From Candidatus Margulisiibacteriota bacterium (GTDB lineage: Bacteria; Margulisbacteria; Termititenacia; Termititenacales; Termititenacaceae), in the NCBI GenBank assembly GCA_031267055.1, contig JAIRZV010000016.1, positions 1 to 37,434 of the forward strand: 37,434 nucleotides of DNA, given 5' to 3'. Below, one piece after another: positions 26,637 to 36,400 of the stretch. Below the pieces are notes generated by a model. That model was not told the DNA's origin, did no database searches, and worked only from the letters and a program-made list of their open reading frames with translations. Made by a program: the position numbers and the translations under genes. Within the stretch, counting starts at the first letter, position 1. Each line of letters starts with the position of its first letter.

Positions 26637-28517
26637 ATGTTTAACAAACTTATAAACGACGAGCAAAACTACTTGACCGGCTCCGGCGGCGGCAATCCGC
26701 TAAATTTGCTGAGGTTGGGGTTGGTCAGTCTATTTGGTTCGTTATTTTTATTCGGCTGTCTAAATCCTTTTACGGAAGAGGTGACTAAAGAGACGGAATT
26801 TATCAAGTCGGCGCCGGATCCTGTTCCGGATCATATCGATCAACTGATCCCTTACGGCGATCTTACGGCCAAACTCGCGGCAACCTCCGGCGATACGGTC
26901 GAAGTGACTGTGCGTAGCAGCAGAAAAGAAGACTGGAGCACACAGCAAAAAGAGCTGGCCGGCCTAAAAATTTTGCTGGACAAATACTATAAGAATTCGT
27001 CGAATGCTGAGGAAATTAAATTTACTTTTGAGGGATTGACCGGAGAAAACAAAAAATTTGATTTTAAGCGGTTGATCGTCACACTGCTGGACGCTAAAAC
27101 CAAAAATTACGACCATCTGGGCAATGAGAACCTTGCAGAATACGCTGAGTATATGCGTTCGGCGATTTTTGTGCCTTTGTACAGGATGAATCTGGATCCG
27201 TCGTACAATGAACCGTATGCTTGGGACAATCCGCGGACTTACGGCGTCAGCGTGGATCTGGATAAACAAGAAGTGACACTCGACCTGTCTCAGCGTGATG
27301 TGCTGATTCATAATTTGATGCACCGCGATCCGGATACCAAACTTACGAATATTACTATTTCCGAAATTGGGGATCGCTTCGTTAAATTTTCTGTGCGTGA
27401 CACTAGAGGTCTGCCGCCGGAACAAAAATGGTCGTATCTGGGGCTGGACCTCAAAAACCAATTCGGTATAGACGGTCAGATAATTCGAGCGGACGGCGGT
27501 GTGTCTTTTGCCTTGAAAAACACTCCAGCGGATGTTCAATACCGCGTTGTGCTGGAAAACAGCGCCAAAGAAAAGCTGATATTTTACCCGGAGGAGCATC
27601 CGGGAATTAAAGATAGCAGCTTGATCCCGCTAAGCTACTTCCATGAGGATTTTTTTGCGGCGGAGCTTGGCGCTAAGGCAAATTTTACCGAAGGCGCGTT
27701 GCAGGTGAATTTTGCCGGCAAGAATTCCCGGGTTACGGTTACGGATAAATCTGAGACAAAAACCGCGGTCGACCTGCGCCAAAATTATACTGGACAACAA
27801 AATGATTATTTGAAGCTGACTATCGCCGCTGGCACGGAATTTGACTGGCAGAAATTCCTGTTAAATGTGCGACCGACTTTAAGCTGTATCGACGCTTCCG
27901 GTGTGGAAAAATATTACTCGCTGGACAAACAGCTCTCTTATACCACAGACCAATTGGCCATATTTGCCGTTGAAGACACGGCGCGTGGCTGCTGGAATAT
28001 AAATATCCCGCTCTCCTGCGTCGATACTGGAAATGGTTTGCCGGCTGCCGCGCTTACTGTCACCGGCATCTCTCTGGCCGCTACCGACGAAAATTTTACT
28101 GAGGCGTATAATATTCTGGCGATCGAGTTGCGCGACGATGGCACGGCGCCGGGACATATTATTCCATTCCACGCGGTGGATAGAAATACGCCGTTCATCG
28201 CCGCCGGTATTTCTCTGTGCTCGGAGTCCGCGGCTATGCCGGATCTGGAGTTGCGGGATTTTGTTTTGCAGGCTTCCGCGGCTGAGGGAAAAATCGCGCT
28301 GGATTATTTGCGGCAGGAAAAATCTCTGGTCAGCAAAGGAGAGGCGGTGTCGCTGGTATTTTACACCGGAGATTTTGCCGATAAGGAAGAAAAAGATTTT
28401 CATTCAGACCCAGAGGGTCTGGAGACCGCTTACAGAGTTAAAGCCGATTGGCCTATAGTCGATACGTCTATTGCACAACAACTGCTAGACGAACAGACAG
28501 AACAGGAAGGAGAATAG
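26637..28517 (+). CDS. Putative lipoprotein (~626 aa), beta-rich, possibly carbohydrate-binding; paralog of the next gene
   Basis: ATG 26637 follows GAGGTG; hydrophobic stretch LGLVSLFGSLFLFG-C41 is lipobox-like; shares colinear blocks with 28520..30388. Confidence 0.7.
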   Translation: MFNKLINDEQNYLTGSGGGNPLNLLRLGLVSLFGSLFLFGCLNPFTEEVTKETEFIKSAPDPVPDHIDQLIPYGDLTAKLAATSGDTVEVTVRSSRKEDWSTQQKELAGLKILLDKYYKNSSNAEEIKFTFEGLTGENKKFDFKRLIVTLLDAKTKNYDHLGNENLAEYAEYMRSAIFVPLYRMNLDPSYNEPYAWDNPRTYGVSVDLDKQEVTLDLSQRDVLIHNLMHRDPDTKLTNITISEIGDRFVKFSVRDTRGLPPEQKWSYLGLDLKNQFGIDGQIIRADGGVSFALKNTPADVQYRVVLENSAKEKLIFYPEEHPGIKDSSLIPLSYFHEDFFAAELGAKANFTEGALQVNFAGKNSRVTVTDKSETKTAVDLRQNYTGQQNDYLKLTIAAGTEFDWQKFLLNVRPTLSCIDASGVEKYYSLDKQLSYTTDQLAIFAVEDTARGCWNINIPLSCVDTGNGLPAAALTVTGISLAATDENFTEAYNILAIELRDDGTAPGHIIPFHAVDRNTPFIAAGISLCSESAAMPDLELRDFVLQASAAEGKIALDYLRQEKSLVSKGEAVSLVFYTGDFADKEEKDFHSDPEGLETAYRVKADWPIVDTSIAQQLLDEQTEQEGE

Positions 28518-28519
28518 TT

Positions 28520-30388
28520 ATGTATACCAATCTCAAAGCTTTTGAGGACAAACCCGGACAACCACCTGTTCCGCCGAGCGGCAATCCACCGCCACTGGAC
28601 GACAAATCCAAAACTGTGTTGACAACTGCCGCCATTGTTATTACTGCCGCCACTGTAAACTCTTGTGATTTGACTTTTGGCACGGGCAATAAGGTTTTTG
28701 GAGAGCCGATTCCTAACAAAGAAGACCCCGAAAAGATTCCAGAAATGCCGCCGTATGGTCCGGCTCCAGGAACAGGCGCAGTAGAACATCCTGAAGGCAG
28801 CGGTTCCAAGCCGCAGCCGGAGAGCGAAAGCACGGTTAATTCTTGGGGTAAATCCAATTATGAAATCAAAACCCCTAAAGAACTGGATGTAATATTTTAC
28901 GAGTGTGATAAAGATCATCCGGCTGGTATAAAAATCGATCTGGATAAATACTATCGCTTACATGAAGAAGCTGGCCTTGCGCTGCCGTCTACTATTACCT
29001 TGAGATTTGAAAACATAACAAATTTGACGTCTGAGCAGTTAAAAAACTTTACGCTCACTCTGCTGGACTCCACCGGCGCCAAAGAGGAAAAACCCTCGGA
29101 CGCGCACACCGGTTATGTGCGCTTAAAAGACCAGCGTAGTCTGACGAACTCCAATACAGTTTTTAGCGCGAACACCATGACCGTAACTCTGGATCTGACC
29201 AAGCGCAAAATAGAAAGCGCCAATATTATGATGGATGAAGGCGAAGAGTCTGATCCGACGGACGCCAGTTATATCAGCAATATTAGAAGTAACGCTGTCG
29301 ACAGTTTTAGTTTTGACATGGCGGCCAGACAGACTGACAAGAAAGACTGGGCTTTTACCGGCGTTTATTATTCTAAAAAATTTGATCTGCCTGTGAGCGC
29401 CACGTTCAGTTATGGCTTGTCTGATTTTACGCCGCCGAATAAAGAAGACGCTGGTTATCGGATCGTTTTCAGTTTCGGCAAAAAACAGAATGGCAATTAT
29501 AGAGAATTAGTGTATGACCCGACGGGTTTTACGAATGGCCTGACGACTAACGTGCCGGCTGGACGCTTACAAGAGAGCTACCTGTCCCTGCGCGACGCCG
29601 AGGCGGAAGTTCTGGGCAGCGACAATCTGCGGATAAAGTTTTACGATTATCCTAGTGCGCGCGTGACGGTGAAAGATCAAGCGGCCGAGAACGCTAGGTT
29701 TAAATTTGATCTTTTGCATGAAGGTGATGGGAGCGATCCGACGCGCTTGAGTTATCTCAAAATGAAAGTTAAGAAATATCCAGGCTTTAGCAAAGAGGAT
29801 TTTCTGTCCAAAGTTAACCCCGGTTTAATATTAGACGATGGCAAAGAATGCCCTGCTGGTATCAGCTCTGGAGATATGGATTATGTTTTGGCGACCGATC
29901 TGGGAGATAGTTATGAATTGGCTATACCATTATTGCTTATGAACAATATTAATATTGTAGATCAATGTACATTAGGGGGAGTGTTTTTTAGTAGTGTGGC
30001 TGGCCGCAATGAGTTTGAGATCGCGGATATAAAAATCTCCGCGGTCGAGCAGGGGGAGCGTAAATTGGCTTTATCTAAGACTGACCGTACTGGTTTTACC
30101 GGCTTTGGTGTGGCTTTGGATAATAGCGGCGCGCAGACTGGAATAACTCTGAGCGGCCTGAAGGTCGGCTCTCAGGAGATCAATGCCCCGCCCGCGGATC
30201 TGGACAGCGAAGTCCAGGCTATTACATTGACGACTAATACGGGTTATTATCTGAATGACGATGAGGAGCAGTCTTTTATCAGCACTGGACTTATAAATTT
30301 TAAGCTCAAGCTGCCTGAGGAAACCCAAGGTGCGTTTTTCAGAAGTGAGGTCAAGAGCCAGACTGAAGAGACTGGATCGTCTGAATGA
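28520..30388 (+). CDS. Putative lipoprotein (~622 aa), paralog of the preceding gene
   Basis: Start revised to ATG 28520 (AGGAG 28508-28512; 2 nt after the upstream stop). Pro-rich leader, then VLTTAAIVITAATVNS-C49, then a Pro/Gly/Glu linker. Blocks TLLD, VTLDL, W.F/Y.G, YR.V, RVTV.D, YLK, F...FL..V.P.L and IPL are shared with the upstream paralog. Confidence 0.7.
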   Translation: MYTNLKAFEDKPGQPPVPPSGNPPPLDDKSKTVLTTAAIVITAATVNSCDLTFGTGNKVFGEPIPNKEDPEKIPEMPPYGPAPGTGAVEHPEGSGSKPQPESESTVNSWGKSNYEIKTPKELDVIFYECDKDHPAGIKIDLDKYYRLHEEAGLALPSTITLRFENITNLTSEQLKNFTLTLLDSTGAKEEKPSDAHTGYVRLKDQRSLTNSNTVFSANTMTVTLDLTKRKIESANIMMDEGEESDPTDASYISNIRSNAVDSFSFDMAARQTDKKDWAFTGVYYSKKFDLPVSATFSYGLSDFTPPNKEDAGYRIVFSFGKKQNGNYRELVYDPTGFTNGLTTNVPAGRLQESYLSLRDAEAEVLGSDNLRIKFYDYPSARVTVKDQAAENARFKFDLLHEGDGSDPTRLSYLKMKVKKYPGFSKEDFLSKVNPGLILDDGKECPAGISSGDMDYVLATDLGDSYELAIPLLLMNNINIVDQCTLGGVFFSSVAGRNEFEIADIKISAVEQGERKLALSKTDRTGFTGFGVALDNSGAQTGITLSGLKVGSQEINAPPADLDSEVQAITLTTNTGYYLNDDEEQSFISTGLINFKLKLPEETQGAFFRSEVKSQTEETGSSE

Positions 30389-30421
30389 AAATAATTTAGG
30401 CTGAAAAAATGGGGGAGGTTG

Positions 30422-30430
30422 TGTTAAAAT
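30422..30430 (+). promoter_or_regulatory. Possible extended -10 promoter (TGnTAAAAT) for the surface-protein gene
   Basis: TGTTAAAAT 18 bp upstream of ATG 30449, with a GGAG RBS in between; no clear -35. Confidence 0.3.
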
Positions 30431-30448
30431 AAACTAAGCGGAGCCACT

Positions 30449-33400
30449 ATGCTTAGAAAACCGTATAAGATTTTTTTATTATTGGCTATGGTTTTCTATT
30501 TGTGCAGTCCTGTATATGCAGTGCAGATGCATATTAATAGTTCTGGCGGGACGTATACTGGTTCATCAGTAAAAGTGTATTTGCTGGATAGAGATACAGG
30601 AAAATCAGAAGATATCGGAAATTTTAGTCTTGGTGGAGGGGTAGCTCGTCAGAGTAATTCTCCTAATATTACAGTTAAAATTTCTTCCCCGAATTTTATT
30701 GTTGCCGCTTATTCCGGAGAAAAACATCTTTATAGAACAGCGAGCACAGTAGACCTTACAGGAAGCAGTATTGGTACACATGTATATGTTACTTTCAACA
30801 TCCCCGACAAAACCATCTCCGGCGTGGTCAAAGACGCCAGCGGAATTAATGCTCTGCCCGGTGTGACTGTCCATATTTTCGAGGCGGATTCTGCCAACGA
30901 CCCGGATCATTATTGGCTGGCGCAGGTTACGACCGATGCGTACGGCAGATACGAATTCAAAGGCGTATACAGCGATGTGGACTATCATATCAAAGCCGAG
31001 AAAAGCAATTTTTTCCCGATGTTTGCTTCGAAGACAGCAGACGGCGGCACGTATGATCCGAGTAACGTTAGGGGCGGCGAGACTGTTAACGAAATCCGGT
31101 TGCGTTCCGCCAGCGTTATCAAAGGCACGATCACCAACGGCGACGCGAATACCGAAATTGTGGCTTTCCTGGCCAGCGACGCGCAGAACGATAAATATAC
31201 TTATGTTGGTAAAGTGGTTGGTGCGTCTGCTTACATCTCGACCGGCTTGGCAGTCCCGCAGGGTATAGCGGTGGTTGTAAAAGCCCAGCGCAATGGGTAT
31301 ATGCCGGCTTTCCATAGATCCGGTCAACATCAAACTTACAGCGGCAAAGCCGCGACACCTGTGCAAGGCGGCGCTGCCGGCGTGAATATCACACTGGAGC
31401 AGGCGGGAAGTATCAAAGGGACGATTAGCGGGACAAGCGGGCAGGTGACAATTAACGTGTATGGCAAGAGTGGGCAGACCTTGGAATATCTGAACAGCGT
31501 GACGTGGAACGCGAATAGCGAGTACACTTTGCCCGCGCCTATCAGCAACCGCGCGCTGGTGGTGCAGGCGGAAAAGACGAGCTATCTGAAACGTTTTCAC
31601 AACAACACGTATGAACTGGATAAAGCAACAACATTTACTTTGTCGGATACTGCAGCGAAGTCTGGTGTGAACATCGCACTGGAGCAAGAGGGTAGCATAA
31701 CCGGAACGATCAGTGGGGCGACTGGGACGGTGTCGGTGAATGTGTACGGAAAGAGCGGTAATACGCTGGAGTACCTGAATGGAATAACGATAAATGCCGG
31801 AACAACGGGAACGACTTATACATTGCCCGCGCCAGTGAATAGCGTCCGTACATTAGTGGTGCAGGCGGAGAAGTCCGGCTACCTGAGCCGGTTCCACGGC
31901 AATGTGTATGAATTGGACAAGGTGGCGACATTTACTTTGCCAGATACGGCAGTTAAGTCTGGGGTGAATATCGCATTGCAGTCAGCAGTAACAATCTCCG
32001 GCACGATTACCAATGGCGACAATGCCAAAGTCAGCGCTTTCAGCAAGAACGGTTCTGTTTATGAATACGTCAATAGCGTGACAGCGAATTCCTCCGGTGG
32101 TTACGATTTGCCGATACTTTCCGGTATTGAGCAGGTGATCCTGGCTTCCCGCGCCGGATATATCGACCGCTATTATCAGCTCGGCACGTATGGCACCTAC
32201 AACCGCGATAAAAAAGCCACGCCGCAAAAAACTGCTTCCGGTGGTATCAATATTACTTTACAACAGGCGGTGGACGTGGCCGGCAGTGTCAAGTATAGCG
32301 ACAACACGATTTTGGGTATTCCTCTGACTGTCAACGCTTTTATCAGCGGGCAGGATTATGAGGCCGGTTATGTTACCGCCGCCGCTGTCAGCTCCGCGAC
32401 CGGCGCGTTCAGTATGCGGATACCGAGCGACTCCGCGGGAATTGTTTTGCAGGTGACGCATAACAACAATCAGCTTATCGGTTACAAAGACGGCTCGTGG
32501 TTTGTGGACAACGGCAGTGTCATGTCCTCCGCCAACGCCAGAGTTTTGAAAAGCGGACAGTCCGGCTTGGACAGTCTGCAGATCCGTCTGGACAAATTCT
32601 GGATAGTCACAGGCTCGGTCAGCCCCGCTAATATTCAGGGTGTGGTTGACCTGTACGAATGGGAATCCAACGGCATCAATTACAATAAAAACAAAGGCTG
32701 GGTCACGGCCAATGCGAGCGGCGCGTATGAGATACGCGGCACGGGCAATGTTCAGGTAGTCCTGCGCGCCGGCACGGAAAATTATGTGACCAGGTATCTC
32801 AGCAATACAAATATGTCCAGTCCGGCCTGGGTCGATAATTCTCTGGATTTGGTGACGAACAATGCGCGGCTGACCCTGACGCCGCTAAGCGCTTACACCT
32901 ACAGTCCGTCTTTGACTCTGGGCGGTCAGATCTCGGGCACGATCTCGTCGTCGGGCGGTTCCGGCGTGGTGACAGTCAGCGTGGAGGACGTGACGGGGAA
33001 GTTTTTCAAAGAGGTTACGGTCAATGTTGGCGTTCAATATACAATTAAAGGCATTCCGACCGGCGACTGGAAAGTCCGCGCGGCGCGAAGCGGCGCGATG
33101 CAGACTTACTATGGCGGAGTGTACGGACACAATGACGCCACGACGGTTAATTTAACGACGGCGGGCAGAAATGATATTGATATTACCTTGCCGGCCAGTT
33201 ACGTTATTACCGGCGTGATCAACGGAGTCAGCGGCGGGACCGTAACAATTAGCGCTTTTGAGCTGGCAAACGGTCATCTGGGACGCTGGGCTAGTTCTTA
33301 TACCAGAAGCGGAAACGGGGATTATAGTTTGAATGCGCCGTCCGGCGTGAACTCGATTGTCATGGCGGAGAGCAATGGCTATATAAACCGCTTCTATCAG

Positions 33401-36400
33401 TCCGGTTCCGGCGGCGCTTACTCCGACGAACAGGCGACGACGGTCAACGGCCAGACTGGCGGAGCGAGTATCACTCTGGAGCAGACGGGAAAAATCGAAG
33501 GAACAATAACGAGCCAGACCGGCAGCGGCATAGTGACGGTCAGCGCTTTTGAGAAAAATGGCGAGACGCTTACCTATATAAGCAGCATCACAAAAAATAT
33601 CGGAGCAAGCGGGACGTATGATCTGCCGACACCGGTCAGTAGCGGCAGGACGCTGGTGGTGCAGGCAGAGAAAGCCGAACATATTAAACGCTTCTATGCC
33701 AATACGTACAGCTTAAATCAAGCGACTGAAATTAAATTGAGCAGCACGACGCCGCGACAGGATACAAACATTGATCTGGAGCAGGGAGTTGTTTTGTCCG
33801 GAGCGATTAACGCTATGGGCGTGACTGTGCAGGTCTTTGTCCGCGAGGCGGGGGATACCGAGGACACTTTTTTGCTGCACATGAAAACAGCCGACAACAA
33901 CGGAGACTACACTTTCAATGTCCCGGTAAACAAAAATTATTTTATTCGCGCCGAGAAAACCGGTCTGTTCCCGGGTTTTTATCGGGCAGACGATCAACCT
34001 GCGGCGTTTGGTGAGCAGGATAGGAGCGCTATAAATGTGGCGTCCGTCGCCGTTACTGGCAAGAATTTTAATTTGTATAATGCGGGATCTATTGCCGGAG
34101 ACGTGAAATACCGTGACAGTAGTGACATTGGCAGCGTGGTGACGATCAATGCCTTTGTCGCCAGCACGAATTATACTTTTGTCAGCGCGGTTACGACCAA
34201 TGCCGCCGATGGTTCTTTCAATTTGCCCGTGCCGCAAGATGTGGATTTGGTTTTGCAAGTCACCGCAAACTCTGCTCTGGGTCATGCCAGCGGCACCTGG
34301 TTTCCCGACCGCGAATCTTCCGCCAACTCGACGATTTTTAAGATTACCGCTGACTTGCCGGGGCAGCATTTTATTATTGATAAATTTTGGTATCTGACTG
34401 GCAAAATTGCTTTGAGCGATAATCAAAGTCCGGTCGGCGTGTCGGTTGATGTTTTTGACTATACGAGCGTGACGAGCGGCACGGATTGGCAATGGCTGGC
34501 CGGCGTGACCATCGATAATATTGGTGGTGATTTTGCTATTACCAGTATAAATAGTGTTGAGGCTGTAGTGCGTTTCTCCAGAGACGGATATGTAACGATG
34601 ATTTATCCTGATCTGGTAACGCTAAATAAGATCGGCACGAGCCATAAACAAACCTTGACGATTGGTTCCACGCCGACCAATCTCAGCTTGCAGACTCTCG
34701 CTCGGGGCGGCTCTATCAACGGCAATATTGTGACGCAGGGCGGCTCCGGCACGGTCACTATCAATGTAGAAGATTTGCAGGGCAATTATTTTACCGCGGT
34801 GACCCGCAACGGCGGCGGTGTATACACTGTCCCCAATTTGCCGTCCGGTAATTGGCTGGTGCGCGCCTCACAGGACAACACGATTGCTGAATATTACGGC
34901 GAGACCGCTTCGACATCCAATGCCTTGACGGTCAATGTTGTCGCTGGCCAGACTACAAATAATATCAATATTTACATTGCCAAAGAATGGACAATTTCCG
35001 GCAAGATTTCTGAAAAAGACAATTCGGCGCAGAATATTACTGACGCTTTAGTGTCGGCTTATTTTGTCACCGAGCCAAACACTTGGTTTTGGATCGCTTC
35101 GGCCAATACTGACACCAATGGCGATTACACACTGCGTGGCGGCTACAGCAATAAACAAAATAATCCGACCCAAATTTTCCTGCAAATATCCGCGACGGAT
35201 TATACGGAAATAACAACTAATCCGCTCAGTGTCGAGGTTGCTAAGGATTATGCCGATCAAGACTATCAGCTGGAAGGCGCGGCGTATGTGCAGGGCACGG
35301 TGGTCAATGTCTCGGCGAATCAGACAGTGACTATCAGCGCTTTTGAAAAAGGCTCCAATTTTGTTTTTGTCAGTGAAGTTACTGTCAATGGCAATGACGC
35401 CGCGCCGGTCACTTACGTTTTGCCGATCAAGGCCAATCAAGACCTGGTGGTGCGCGCCGCGGTCAGCGGTTATGAAGACTTGTGGTACAACGATAAAATT
35501 TCTTCCGCGGACGCGGAGACTGTCAATCAAGCCGTGGGCACGACGAAAGACGCGGTGAATTTTAATTTTGCCGGACACAAGCAATGGCTGATCAGCGGCA
35601 GGGTTACGGATACGGACGACAATCCACTGGGCGGCTTGAGCGTGAATGTTTTTGTGAAAGATTCTGATTACGCCGGACCGGACGGCGGCAGCGTCTTGAC
35701 CGGCAGTGACGGAATATTTAGTCTGCAAATCGCGCCGACCGAAGATCTGGTTTTGCAAGTGGCTACGGCTAACCCATATCTTGGTTATCCGACCGGCACG
35801 TATTACAAAGAAAATACCTTTGGCGTGATCGCTTCGGCGGACGCGACTCCGCTGCAATACAGCGCCGGCGATTTAGATATAGACTTTGAAATTAATAGAT
35901 TTTGGCTTGTGAGTGGCGTGATTACTCCTCCAAATATAGAGGCGGTCATTGATATGTATGAATACGACGGCGCGGATATTAACTGGGCAAAAAGCAAAGG
36001 CTGGGTCACGGCTGACGCCGCCGGCAAATATGATATTCGCGGCACCGGCAATGTTACAGTGAATATCCGTGCGGCGACCGGCAATTATATTTCCGCCGGC
36101 ATAAATAAAACCACGCTGGCGCCGGAAAATACTTACACGTACAATTTTAATTTGACGCTCGGCGCGTCGATTTCCGGCCGGGTCACCGCCAACGGCTCCG
36201 GCGTTGTCACGATCAGCGCGCAAGACATCGACGGAAATTGGGAAACTTTTGTGACGCGCAACGGCTCCGGCGACTACACTATACCGCGTATGCCGGCTGG
36301 CGTTTGGCTGGTGTATGCGCAGCATACTGACTGCGTGGCCGAGTATTTCGGCGAGACCGCTTCGACCGGAAACGCGGTCAGAATAAATCTGACCGCCGGA

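Noticed and set aside
28448-28519. ORF-track start at 28448
   Set aside because: It overlaps the upstream gene; ATG 28520 has an AGGAG RBS and follows the upstream stop.
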